Assembly (NCBI GenBank): GCA_905178155.1
Contig: CAJINV010000018.1
Span: forward strand, 1,096,609-1,160,608
From: Amoebophrya sp. A120
Lineage: Eukaryota > Protista > Dinoflagellata
Length of the DNA stretch: 64,000 nt
Direction of reading: 5' to 3'
Within the stretch, counting starts at the first letter, position 1, and every line of letters begins with the position of its first letter. A program made the position numbers and the translations under genes. Under the pieces are notes generated by a model, which was given only the letters and a program-made list of their open reading frames with translations, did not search any database and was not told the origin of the DNA. Shown here piece by piece: positions 42,593 to 56,000 of the stretch.

Positions 42593-45500
42593 TCAAGAAT
42601 CCTCCGAATTATCATCGTCGAAGTCTTCGATATCATCAACCAAAAGTTTAGCGACCCCCACAGGCCGCGCCACCACCACCTCCGGTTCATCGACTGCGGT
42701 CGCGGTCGGGATCTCTAGGGCTGGTGGCTTGTTTGGCGCTGCGCCATAATTCTCACCGAAATTATTTGCCCCACCAGCACTGTTCATCTGGGGATCAAAC
42801 CCGAACTCGTTCTCGTTTCGCAGTTTGCTCGCCAAGTGCGTGATCTGGTGCAACGCAACGTGGGGCAGCGCCGGCGCCTGTCCGCGGGTGTTCCGGAGAA
42901 TCTGGTCGATGTAGCCGTAAATTTCGTAATCCCCGAAATTGATACAACTCGGCTGCTGCTGGTTCAGGTAGCTTGTGGTCCTGCTCCAATCTGGCTCTGA
43001 CAGTGTAGCTGGTGCAAAAAATGCGGACGAAGCGGTTGTACTGGCGTTATTAGTATTGTTGTTGTACACTTCTCCTTTGTATATTCAGAGGAAAAATCCC
43101 CCCTCCCCATATCGAAAAGGCATGCTACCGAAAATTTGTCTTGCTGATTTGAGACCACAAATCACGTCTGTCTTGCAAGAAGACAAATGCAGAGGCTTCC
43201 CTGCCATTATGGGAGCGATTTGGCATGCAGTTGGGCCTAGGGGACAGCAGTTTGTAATGCTAAGCAACTAGACCAAATGTCCTTCCCTAGGCTGCGGATC
43301 TGGCTGCGATGCCGTATTGCAAGACAGCGCGCATTCGTGTACACAAATCCTGCATCACAGATTTCCCATTTGATATGGAGTGGGGGGTCTTTTCCCGTTG
43401 ATATTGTACCAGTGCTTCTCTAAATTCGCCTTCTGCCTCTCCCGGTCCACATCGATGATTCGGGACCGGCGAAATTGAAAAAGCCCGTGCCCACTAGAAT
43501 TATGATTCTGATAATTGTTGTTCCCGCCAGAAGCTGCAGACCTTGATGGTGTGTAATTCGGCTTCTGACAGAAGATGTTTGCGTCCAAGTAGCTTCTGCA
43601 GACCAACTCCAGGTCGTCGGTCGTTATTTGTCCGAAATTCGTCAAGTTCGCGTTCCCCGAAATCGCACACAGGCTGTCCAAGAAATCCGCGTAGGTGGAG
43701 ATGGGAGTAAAAGTTGAAGCACAAGCATTCGCACTGCTTGGCGTTTCAAACATATTTCCCGGCGATGGCCGATGTTGATGTTGCTGCAGCTGCATTCCTC
43801 CTTCCAGTCCGGTAGCGCCTGTTGCTGCTTCTACGGATGAGTACACAGACTGCAAAGGAGTAGAATTTTCTGTAGAGGAGAAAAACGCCGGCGCATTGGT
43901 GAAAACGAAATCGACAAACATGCGTGGCTCCTGCACCTCCAGTAACTCCTCCAAGTCGTAGTAAACCTGGGGCCGGATGGACTTCACCAGTGTCAACGTC
44001 GCAGCTGGGGTGGTGGAGGACGTCGAAGATGAGTTTATACTCTGTAACAACGCGGGTGTTCGCAACGAAAATTCCTCGACTTTGATTTGCCGGCTGCCCT
44101 TCTCGGAAAATTCCTTCGGATTCTTGTAGTCTTTTGCGGTTTTGTTCGGCAGTGGCCGCGGGAGAGTTGTTATCTCGTTGTTGTCCTGCTCTTCGGTTCT
44201 TGATGTAGTGGTGCTTCTACTACCTGGAATTGTTGTCGGTTTGGCACCTGTAGTAGTTCTTATCATACTTCCGGCCTGAGTATTGCTGGTGTGACTGCCT
44301 ACAGCAGCTGAGCTCTGCCCCGCACCCTCAGGTGGTAAAACCCGCTGCCGCTTAGCTGGTGGCCCAGCGGGCGGCGCGACAACATTCAGCATCTCCGGCT
44401 CGCTGTCCGACGAAGTGAGACAAATAATGTCGTCGTGTACTTTATTTGCGACGCCGGGAGAACCAGAATCCTGGTTCTTTTTAGCAAAGTTCACTCTCTT
44501 CATCACCGGTTTCAGCTTCGCCGTTGGAAGGTTCGTTTCGTTTGCCTTTGGCGAAGGTCTACTTCCCGCTCCTGGTTGAACTTCTGCTACTCCGGGTGCA
44601 GCTGGCCGTCTCTTCATCCCAGTTCCAGCAAAGCCGCGCGAACTTGGGCTGGAAGACGCGGAGGCGTAAGAAGTAGTAGACCTCTTGTGAGCACCATCTG
44701 GTACTTCTATCACAGGCTCGGCGTTTATCCGCACTACAGGTAGGGGTCCACCACCTTTGTTCACCTCGTTAATATTCCTTGTCGTACTAGAAGTTGACAT
44801 TATACTACTACTCACGACAACATCTTCCGCACGGGTTGTAGGGTCGTGCGCGAGATCCGTAGAGGTCGTGCTGTAACCACCTAGTACGTGACGAGGATTC
44901 TTTATTTTACTTCCATCCCAATCTTGCCTCGATGAACGCGGGTCGTCCCCAACCTGTTGCGCGCCATGTTGATCCACCACAGAAACAATTTGTGGCCCCC
45001 GCGATGGTGCAACTTGTACCGCTTTAGCAGCGGCCGCAAGAAGTTGTGCCTTCCTCCTTTTCTCAACGTCTTCGAATTTTTGCCAAAAGTCCTTCGTTTC
45101 GCGCTCTTTCCATTCTACGAATTCCTGCACCAGAGTCTCCGGATCCGCTTTTGGTTCGCACCTCTTATTGTACAAAATCCGCCCCAAAGCGTGGAAAAAG
45201 TGCAGACTATCGAGCCGGCGAATCCGGTCCAGGCCGGCGGCTGTTTGGGCTTGTGCGTCTCCTTCTTCGGTTATTTTCAATACGGGCACAAATTCTGTTG
45301 CTCCTGCTGCGTAGGTGTTTTCTCTGTAGTTGTTGTCCCTCTGCGAGGACCGCTGTTGTGAAGGAGCTGCCCCCTGGCTGAACGCCATGCTGCTCGGGTT
45401 CGTTCTACCGCCAGAAGCAAACATATGCTCTTGATGCGCAACTTCTGGTGCACTAGCACCATTACCAAGATACCGCTTCTTCCCCCTGCCACCGCTTTTT

Positions 45501-46981
45501 GCGGCCGCAGATTTGGCTTTCGCTTTTGGCCTTCTGCCACCACCAGCACCTTTCGAGCCGGTTATATGAATTTGGCCACCATGGTCTGCGTCGTATTTTT
45601 TCACGGCGTAGAATTGCAGATTCACCACTGCTTGTCGCAAGTCCCCGCTTTGCTGCAGGGACTCCTTCAAACCGTGGGAAATTGCGGTATTTGTCAGATT
45701 CAGGACCCGGGTGATCGCCTTTCCCAGAATGGTCGGCGCCACGGCGTTGAATTTTATCAGCTGTGTAGCGGGGATATGCATTACAAATATGTCTGCCTCT
45801 AGAGACTTGTAATGCTGAGTTGCGTAGCATGAGGAGACCACAAGTGATGGCTTAGCATGACAAGTACAAGCTTCTGAGCTTCGACGTGTTGCCTATTCTG
45901 CATGACAAACTGCGTTTCTGCATCACAGAAAAACGGGGCTTTTGGGTAACGCGCATGACAGACTTGAGCGTTTTGCTAACCAAGCAAGACAAATCTCGCT
46001 CTCTTCCAGACCCAGACATATTTGCACTGGATATGGAAGACGCAGGCTGTTTTTTGTGTAGTTGTACTCGAACAGAACCCGTTCCTGCTTGGTTTGAAAC
46101 ATATCAAATGTAAAAATGTCTGGGTCTGGAAACTTGTGATGCTGGGTGGCGTCTCATGATGAGGCCAGAAATGCTGGCTCAGCATCACAAGTTTCTGAGC
46201 TTCTAGGTGTTGCCTATTCTGCATGACAAACTGCGTTTCTGCATCACAGAAAAATGGAGCTCTTGGGTAACTTGCATGACAGATTTAAGAGTCATGCCAG
46301 ACAAGCATGACAAACATGCATTCTTCCAGACCCAGACATTTTTACATTTGATAGAACAGCCTGCGGAACAAAAAGTCCTCGTTGTCGTTCCCCAGCAGCT
46401 ATGCATTGCAAAAGTAATCGCACTCATGCATTACAAATCTCCATTCCAAGGTAAAACAGCATGACAGATTCCATTTGTCATGCTGAGCTAGTTTGTGATG
46501 CAATTTTTGTATACGAGTTGTACGAGACTTTTGCAATACATAGCAGCGCCAGCCGGTACGTGCGGCGGAACCTCGGGCTGAGAGCCTCGATCAGGTTCTC
46601 CCGGAACCCCAACCCGTCGAATTCCATCAGGCCGAAGGGGAAATCTTTCAAACACAGTAGGTTCGCAGTGGAGTTCTTGTCGCCCATCCTCCGCTGTTCC
46701 CCCTCCTTGAGAAAGGAAAAAAAGGACGCGCCGATCTTTTCCGGGGGGGAGATCCACTGGCGAAAGTTCAACCCCAGCTCCTCGGCGAGCAGCTTCAGCG
46801 TGGTCGCCTTCCCGCTGCCCGGGGGACCGATCAAAAGGAGCACCTTCTGCCGGGAAGCGGCACTGGTGAGGAAGTCCCGGACCTCGTTGATTTTGTTCTT
46901 GTGGACCGCCAACTCGTCGGGGGAACTCGGGGCGTAGTCGAGGGTCCAGCAATTCTTGATGCTGGAGGAAGAAGAGGACAT
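42593..46981 (-). CDS. RAD17: Checkpoint clamp-loader subunit RAD17 (AAA+), with large low-complexity insertions
   Basis: WTLDYAP..ELAVHKNKINEV, Walker A GPPGSGKAT, IKFNAVAPT, GDLRQAVVNLQF, FFHALGRILYNKR. Confidence 0.88.
43082..43403. mobile_element. Introner, family B
   Basis: Family B TIR; DR ttgta. Confidence 0.88.
45775..46033. mobile_element. Degenerate introner, family A
   Basis: A-like TIR; DR gggga/tggaa (both differences synonymous). Confidence 0.75.
46102..46353. mobile_element. Introner, family A
   Basis: Family A TIR; DR aaaca/gaaca. Confidence 0.9.
46400..46542. mobile_element. Introner, family D
   Basis: tatgcattgcaaaagt / acttttgcaatacata; DR gcagc. Confidence 0.85.
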
Positions 46982-47939
46982 TGTGGGTCGTCTATTACTA
47001 TTTTCATTCGCATGTACTTACGTCGTCGACAGGGAAAACTTACTGTATAGACTGGTTGACATCAGGAGCCGAAACGAAAGTTTCTCTTGCCAATATTTTG
47101 TAGTGTTTCAAGCTCCTTGTTCCGTAGCTCTTTCCTTACTAGAAAGATCGAAAATAGATCGTCGCATCTTCGGTATGATGATGGTGATCCAAACCAAGCC
47201 CTGACAAAAACATCAATGCGAATTCAACATGACATTTCGACAACGAAATTTGTGACAAACGACACGTGGCGGAGAGCTGCATAGACAATCAGACCTGACA
47301 CCAAGCAACAAGAAGATAATTCGATCAGGTAAGTAGTAGATGATGTCGCTTAGTCCGTTTAGGGTACAATTTTTACACCAGAAAAGCTGCATGCTCTTTC
47401 CAATATATTAATCCAAACTAAGTATATCGAATAATCAGTCCATAACTTCTGCCAGTAAAGTACACGGTCAACACACGTCGCCGAAGAACTAGTGTACTAT
47501 CACAGGCGCGTTTGCAACACTGGCACAGCCAAGAAGGTCCTCGAGAGGACCCTCTGGAGGTCGTTGTGCCCCTAGTCTTTCAATCTTGGTCGTACAACTA
47601 CCTGAAGGAGCATTAACAAAGTCATTCGATTTGAAGTTCAATGGCAGGAAGCCTTCGCAGCCACTGCGTTTGTAGTTACAGCCCTTGTTTGCGCATCAAT
47701 TGCTTCGAATCAATATCGGTTTAGATTGTTTTCACAGTGGAAAGTCGAGGAGGTTGAGTAAACAAGAAAGGTACTAAATCACTTCGCAGCTCAGGTAAAC
47801 AAAAGCAAATTTGTCGTGAATAATCTTCTCACAGCGGATTCCGAAATCAAATGGTACTACTGTAGCATGGTTCTTAACTACACGTGACTATAATTCGCAG
47901 GAGCCACAGCTGTTTGCTTTCCATTTTTCCCCATTTACG

Positions 47940-48398
47940 TATTAAAATGAAAAATCCCCCCTCCCCATATCAAAACGGAAATTTGTGATGCTAAAACAAC
48001 CGCACCGACATTGCCATTGTCCAGCATAGCTGAGGAGGCAAGCCTCCACAGGCTCCGGAACGGCATAGGGTCAGAACCGCGAAAACATCGCGAGTATTTC
48101 TTCATCCCCGGGCACTCTTATATTTGTGATGCTGATTTGTGGCCACAAATCAGCTCTGTATTGCAGGGAGGCACGGCGGCCAGATCCCCAGGCTAGGTGG
48201 GGGCGTATGGGTCTAGTTGCTCAGCATGGCAAACGGCTCCCCTTTAGGCCCAACAGAATGACAAATCGCTTCCATAATGGGGCGGAAGCTTCTGCCAATT
48301 CTTGCAAGACAGATGTGATTTGTGACCTCAAATCCGCAACACAAATTTTTGGAAACATACCTTTTCAATATGGGGAGGGGGGATTTTTCTTCACGATA
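47940..48398. mobile_element. Introner, family B, just downstream of the dynein light chain stop codon, with a nested 129-bp insert
   Basis: Family B TIRs; no matching 5-bp DR; insert 47993-48121 flanked by an atttgtgatgct duplication. Confidence 0.8.
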
Positions 48399-48407
48399 GT
48401 CAGTCTC

Positions 48408-49291
48408 TTACACCTTGTAGAAGAGAAACGCGTGCTGGCCAATGTAAAATATAACCCGCTCAAGCGTTACAATCTCAAACGTTACAATAGAGTCTGGAAT
48501 TTGTATTGCATGAAGAGCGAGAGGAACGCAGAGAGAATCGAGCTTTTCGCAATACAAATTTTGCCGGATTTCAGGTGGGTCGGGGACTCCGAAACTTGTC
48601 ATGCACAACCCTATGGGAGTAGGCCAACTCATGCAGTTCTTGCATCACAGATTTCGACATTTTATTGTAACGTTTGAGATTGTAACGCTTGAGCCAGTCA
48701 TATAAAAGTAGATGAATTTCTGCTTTTCGTGCACGCAGTAGCTCCCGAAACCCTTGCCGCAGACGATGATCCACCCGAGACCCCACTTCTCGTCGAAGTG
48801 CTCTTTCAGTGCGCTGCAGATCTCTGCTCCGTCCTTGTCTGGATTTTTCCTGACAAAGTTTTTTGTTTTTTTTTGCTTCTTCAGTGCATAGATAAGTAAT
48901 CACAACACAATTGCTTTTATGATGGTCGTCGCATGACATGTTGCGCTCTGCAAAATCTGCAAAACGGAATCAACTTGTACCCCTCCAACTGTGCCATTGC
49001 TTGGTGAACTGCATCGTGCATGCAGTCGTCCGGCATATCCGATGGCCAGAGGATCCGTGCACCCGATTTATGCAGGAGGTTGCAAAAACCATTTCAATTT
49101 CTCATGTGATTTGCAGCTGATGTATCAGAATTTCCAACAGAAATGCAAATACGTTCAGGAAACAGGTATGCTTGCGGCTGACGTTGGGGTTGTCTTCGCA
49201 TGCGCATGAGAAATGGCATTAAACATTTTTTGCAAATTTCGTAACAGAGTGTGCGGAACTCCTCCTTTACTGCGTCCTTTTCCTGGGCCAT
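48408..49291 (-). CDS. Dynein light chain, LC8 family (5' exon and start uncertain)
   Basis: ILWPSDMPDDCMHDAVHQAMAQLEG|KNPDKDGAEICSALKEHFDEKWGLGWIIVCGKGFGSYCVHEKQKFIYFY|IGQHAFLFYKV; GT-AG intron 48850-48980. Confidence 0.85.
48450..48702. mobile_element. Introner, family I
   Basis: ~40-bp TIR tataacccgctcaagcgttacaatctcaaacgttacaata / tattgtaacgtttgagattgtaacgcttgagccagtcata; DR taaaa. Confidence 0.88.
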
Positions 49292-50029
49292 TTTGTAGTG
49301 CTATTTTCCTACTTGTCCTCCCTAGTTGTCGTCGACTAGGAATCTTCACGTACAACTTTTCTACCAGAAGTGTAGGTGTTGAGCAAATTGGTTTGCGATT
49401 AATCAAAGTCCTTGCTTGTCGACATTTTCCGCATATGAACAAGTGTACCAACATCATGAATACGTGCCCCAGATCAGGAATCAAACGCAAGAACTCCGAA
49501 GCAAAACAGCGTCAAGCCTGCTCCGCTCCCCGCCACTCCTGTTCATCTCAAGCCGTTCTCTCAAGAAGTTCATCGACACCCAAACTCTCCTTGTCTTAGT
49601 GCTCTTTCTCATTCCGAAGAGATAGAGAACAGACCATGACCAACCAAGAGCGACAATGGTACTACTAGTACCGTGGTGACGCGAGAGTGCCTATTTTCGC
49701 TTCTCTTCAACGGTGTTTCTTCTTGCTTCAACGCGAATCACATTAGAGCACAACTTCTGATTTCCATTCGATTTTCTTGGAAGTAATGTAGGTGTCGCCA
49801 AATCTATGAATCCGCATGCCGCTCTTGGGTTTAAGAGTCGAAATCGTTTCAACAGGCTGCTACCACTGCTACGATCTTCATCTTGTTCTTCCACAAATTT
49901 TTTCCTACGATGGGTAAAAAAGTCCTTGTAGTGCCTCTCTTCAAAGTTTATATTCTCGACTTGTTTGTAGTGCTTTGGCAGGAGTGTTGTTCCATCCATC
50001 TCCTGTGTAAAAATCTCAAGTATCTCCCG

Positions 50030-53000
50030 TCACTTCGTAAACGCTCCCATCTGGTTGTAAAGTTGCTGTAACACCAAATTTTGCTGCTGCAGCACATTTT
50101 GATAGAGGGCCTGCTGCACCTGCTGTGCACTTTGCTGCGTAGAAGAAGTTGTCGTGGCACTGTTCTGGTTCTTCCCGCCTGCGCCTCCTGCCGCCATCGG
50201 CGGTGGAGGCCCCCAGGAAGAAGAATTATTGTTGCTTCTGCCTAAGCCCTTGTTCGGATTGCCAAGCGGAATGTCATTCGAGCCCGTCGCGGAGTCGTGC
50301 ACGCGACCCTTTGCAGAAGTCGTTGTTCCCTTTTTGTTTTTACCAGAAGTGGTGGCACTATTACCGAACAAACCGCCGTTTCCTTTGGATGAGTTGTTAT
50401 TTTTAGTTCCTGTGCTGCTCTTGCCACCACCGGCACCACCGAATTTGCCTCCACCGCCCCCAAGCGGTATGTCGTTGGAGCCCGTTGCCGACTGGTGGAC
50501 GTTGCCTTTGCCTTTACTCGACGACTATCCTGTGTAAAAACATCCCCACCCCAGAGTTGTCATGCTAAACAAAATGCGACACACTTTGCCCCCCCAGAGT
50601 TGTCATGCAGATCTGCAAGCACAAGAGCATTTGTAATGCGCATCCCCATGATAGGCATTTCCGACCGTGTTTTGGAACTTGTAATGCTGTAAACAGGATA
50701 AGCAACTGGATTTGTAATGCGACTTCCGTTGCTATACTGCACTACTACACTACAGCCCGCAATTTGTCATGCGTGACTCCCAAAACTTCAAGGTTTGTGT
50801 TGCAAAATCCCCATCTTGACTCTGGGGTGGGGACGTTTTTCCTTCGGATAACGACGTCCCTTTGTTCATCTTTCCACCCGCAAAGGTGGAATTGTTCCCT
50901 TTGTCATTTCCCTTTTTCACACCGCCGCCTTTGCTGTCTTTCCCGCCATTTTTAGTATTTTTGCTACTCTTATTTCCTCCGCCACCAACCACCATGGAAC
51001 TTGTCCCATACGGACCGGACCGAGCATTTTTACCTGCTGGTGCACTGCCTTTACTATTCTTCGCCCCCTTCCCACCGAAGGAAGCCCCGGAACTTCCTCC
51101 TTTGAAGTTGGAAGACTTGTTATGGAAGCGTCAGGATTGAAATCGTCAAAGTTGAAATAATTTGTGATGCATAAAATGCAACCCACAAAGCGCCTGTCTT
51201 GCAGAGTAGGCAAGGGAGGCATATTGCAAGCCTGTTGAGGGGTAGAAATGGAGCTGCTAAAGTAGCATGACAAAAGGCGTCTTCCTTACCCAAACAGCAT
51301 CACAAACTGGATTTAGGCACCACCAAAACTTGTCATGCGCCAATTGCTAACTGGGCTCCAACTGGCATCCATTTTATGCATGACAAACTATTTCAACTCT
51401 GACGGTTTCAAACCTGACACATCCATACTTGTTGTTATTTCCGTAGAACCCACCTCCGCTTGATGAACTGTTGTTATTCATCCAGCCGCCACCCCCGCCC
51501 CCGTATCGAAAGAAAAAAGTTCGTCACGATCACTCATGCGCATTTTTGCAATACAAAATTTTCTGTCATGCGTAACAATGCATCACAGCCAAACTTTACA
51601 AGGGATTTCCCTAGTGTTTCTGCAATACAAGGAAAAGCTGTGATGCTAAATGAATTTGTAATGCAAAGCCTGCAAGTTAGTGACTGTGACAAACTTTTTT
51701 CTCTCCATACCCCGTCTTTCGGCGCGAGTATGTGCCGCACGTTGTCCAGGTTCCCTTCCAATCTGCGAAACTTGTCTTTGAAAACTTTGATGTTTTCCGT
51801 CACGACAGTGTCCTTCGAATTCACTCCGTCCGAGATCTGGTTGCACTGCTTTTCCATGTACGCACGGATCTTCGGGTCCACCAACTCCGGCACGGACCTC
51901 TGCACAATGTCCAGCACCGCCAGGCCCAAACCGGTAGGGACGAGGTGGCGAGACTTCGGCCACTCTCCAGACTTCAGTTTGCCTTTGTTCATGCCCTTGG
52001 TCTGATGATCATGATTTGCGAGAATTTGTCATGCGAAGCAGCTTGATGGCCTGGCGGCTCATAGTCAATTTGCATGACAAATCAAGTATTAAAAATTGTC
52101 GGTCTCTTTTCAACTGCTTTTTCATGTCCCACAACGACACGCTGGCGCTAGGTGCAACTACTGCAACTGCAAGAGATAATGTGATAGATAATTGTATGAA
52201 GTAAGTACTTCACTCAAAGCATTAGATAACTGCACCGAATCAACGAGAAGATCATGAAACAACCTGAAAAATAAAGTACCATGACTCTCGGCCCCGCTTC
52301 CTTGCTCCCTTTTTCACCCGGGCCGCAAACGCTGACGTAGTTCCGCACACATATGTTTTCGATATGCCCTGCCATACTTGCGTCGGTCCCAATCCCGTTC
52401 TTATCCATCAAGCCGACCAACTCCGATTCTGACAGAAACTGCGGGGGCTCGGTGAAGGTTTCCGTGCTGGTTAGCCGGAGGTTCGAGAATCGGGTGTTTT
52501 TCGCCAAGTAGTGGCTTTTCAGCAGCTGGCAGTTGTTGTTCGTCAGTGTGTGGTTGCTGAGCACTTTCAAAAACTTCCCCTTGTGCTCGCACAGGTGGAG
52601 GAAGGAATTCTGCCACGCGGGAGAGCTGGAGTTGCTATTGCCGTTGGATGAATAATTGTTGTACGACGACGAGCCACCTCCTGGTGCTCCACGATTGTTG
52701 TAGGAAGATGCGCCCCGATTCGTAGTTGATGTGTAGTGGTCCCGAGCCCGACCTCCAGTTGGGACCAAATAGTGAAAGACCGCTTCGAAAGTATTCTCGC
52801 TGTCCGTGCTGGTGTTTTTACCGCTGTTGTTATTTGATCCATACCGACCGCCTCCGCCCGCTTCATCCAACCTTGCCTTAGCGGTAAATTCCACGTACTC
52901 GATGTCGTTAAACAGCGACGCGATGTATCCTGTGCAAAAGTATCGTACTCGTATCAATGCAAGGCTTGCATTACAAATCTTTTTCTTAACGTAAATCCGC

Positions 53001-56000
53001 ATGACAAATTTCATCTCTCATGCTGAGGAAATTTGTAATGCATTTATACGAGTACGATACTTTTGCAGTTCATACGATAAAATGCTTGGCCACTAGCTCG
53101 AACATTTTCCACGCCTTCGGCTTCAAGTTCTCACCCCGGCCCGGTATCCGCATCGGCGTGATGGTATGAACTGCAAAAGTACCGTACTAGTATAGGTTGC
53201 AATACAAAGTTGATCATCATTACAAATTGAATTTGTAATGCGGGTTTGCCTAAAGACAAAGATTTGCAATGCATCAAGAGTTGCATTTATACGAGTACGA
53301 TACTTTTGCACAGGATAGATGGGCGGGTGGTCCCCCCGGTCAAACCCGTCCTGCGGGGGGCGAATTATCGTATTTAAACACGTCCCCACCCCATAGTTGT
53401 GATGCAAATCTGCATGCTGAAAATGTTTCTCATGCGGAGCCCCATGAGGGGCATCTTTTAGTCGTGTTTTGAAATTTGTCATGCTCCAATCAGCATGATA
53501 TACTGGATCTATAATGCTGCTGAGCTACCTCAAACAAGCACTACACTACGAGTTCAAATTTGTCATGCAAAACAGCCAAAGCTTGTGGATTTGTCTAGCC
53601 GATTTCCCATCTTGACTATGGTGTGGGGACGTTTTTACACAGGATACGAATGCGCGCGTTGCTTCCACTCTGCTGGTTCAGCAAGGCTTGCACGGAATGC
53701 CGCAGCTTGTTGTCGTGCTGGAACATCTATCCTGTGCAAAAGTATCGTACTCGTAGTAATTACTGCAATCATGCATTACAAATCTGGTTCCCAAGGCAAA
53801 TCAGCATGGCAAATTCCATTTGTCATGCTGAGCGAATTTGTATTGCAATTACTACTAGTAGGCTACTTTTGCAGTGCATAACATCCGGGCTATCTCGTCC
53901 ACGTTGTAGCTGCTCGCGTACTATCAAATGTAAAAATGTCTGGGTCTGGAAGAGTCCATGTTTGTCATGCGTGTCTGGCATGACTCTCAAATCTGTCATG
54001 CACTCTTCCCAAGAGCGCCATATTTCTGTCATGCAGAAACGCAGCTTGTCATGCAGAATAGGCAACACCTAGATAGAAGCTCAGAAGCTTGTCATGCTGA
54101 GCCAGCACTTGCGGCCTCCTCGTAATACGCCACCCAGCATCACAAGTTTCCAGACCCAGACATTTTTGCATTTGATACGTACTTCGTGGATTCTGTCCGG
54201 GGGTAGGATATCAGTCCAGCGGAATACAGTTCTTCCGCCGTTCGCATGGCGGACGCGGGGGAGAACCCGAGGAAGGAGGCTTGCTTCAGCAATTCGACCG
54301 TATTCAACCCCGCTGGTTTCCGGATCTTCTTCGTTTCGTAGTCCAGGGAAAGGAGGGTCGCGGTTGTGCTGTTGTTCCGGCTGTTATTCTGCAGATAGGT
54401 CGCACTGGTCTTCGCTTTCGACTTGCACTTGAACTCGATCGCTTTGTCCGTTATACTTTGCTGGTAAGAAGAACTACCGCTGCTGTTGTTGTATCGAGAA
54501 GAATTACCTGCTCCGCCCCGGTGACCACTGTGATGGCCGGCGCTTGAAGTAGAAGACCCTCCGCCGCCCAGCTGTGGGGTAAACGTCCGCTCCTGCCACT
54601 TTTCCGGGACGAACCGCTGGATTTCCTTGTGCCGCTCGATACAGAACCACAGCGTTGGGGTTTGGCAGGGTCCGTAGCTCAGGCAAGTGTTGTCGATCCA
54701 GGAGAACTTCTGTTTCGCGTGGTTTAGAAAGTTCCAGGTGAGAAGCTTGGTGTGTCCTGAGGAAAAAAGGGGCCCACGACACCCCAGAGCTGTCACGCAA
54801 CTGAAGATTTTTGCAACTACAAAAAAATTTGTACTCACATGCGCATTCCCATGGATGAGAGACCTTCTTACTCGTGTTGTAAGTCAACTTTAGAATGCGG
54901 TAAACAGGATGAGGAGCCGGCTTTGTACGTAATTCGGACGTGCTTCTGCTTGCTGACCTGCACTACAATACAGCGCGAAACTTGTCATGCGTGACTCCCA
55001 AACCTTCTGGATTTGTGTTGCAGACTTCCCAACTTGATGACTATGGGGAGGTCTGTGGGCCCCGTTTTTCCTCAGGTTATCGTGAACGCTATCCCCACTC
55101 GGAAATCCAACAGCTGCCGTGCGTCCACGGACATGGACAGAAACTTGTTCGGGCGCTTCAGGTTCGCCATCGCCTGCTGCAGCTCCGGTTTGGTTAGGGC
55201 CGAAAAGTGTGCGCGGTAGATGTGCTCGTCCGTCGCCTCAAACCGCGGATTAATCTCACTTCCAGGACCCTGCTGACCCGGGGTGGCGCTGCTTCGCAAC
55301 AAGGAAATCACTTCGAAACAAATGTTTTCTCCCTCCTTATCGCAATCCAACCACAAAACCAAGTAGTCGGCCTCCCTCCCCAAATCGCGCAGGTGCTCCG
55401 GGATGCGGCACTTCGTCGCGGACGGCTCTAGCTCCTTCACGGTGGTTGTGTCAAAGCAATCGTACGGATTCCTGGGTGATCAAATGCAAACATGTCTGGG
55501 TCTGGAAGGTTGCAACTTGTGATGCTGCCGTTGGATTCTACACCGAATCTCTATTGCGTGACCAGCAAAAGAAACCCATTTTTTGCTACACGGAAGAGCG
55601 AGCATCTCTCATGCAGTCCAGGCATCACAAAGCCCTCAACAAATCTGTGATGCTAGGGCATGCATCACAGACGTTATGGGTCATGCAAAATATGCATGAC
55701 AAGCGCTGCTTTTTTCCAGACCCAGACATATTTGCGGTTCATATAGGTTTGTTCTGAAATCCCAGCGTGAAACAGTGTCCGATGGTGGACGTGATCAGAA
55801 ACTTGAACTATCAAGAAGAAAAATCCCACCTCCCCATATCAAAACGTCAATCTGTGATGCGGGATTTGTGTACACAAATCACATTTGTCTTGCAGGAAAG
55901 CACTGCACGCAGATCGCCAGGCTTCGGGGGGCTTTTGGTGTAGGGGCCTAGTCGATGGCAGAACTCTGCCCTATAGGCCTTGCAGCATTACAAACCGCCT

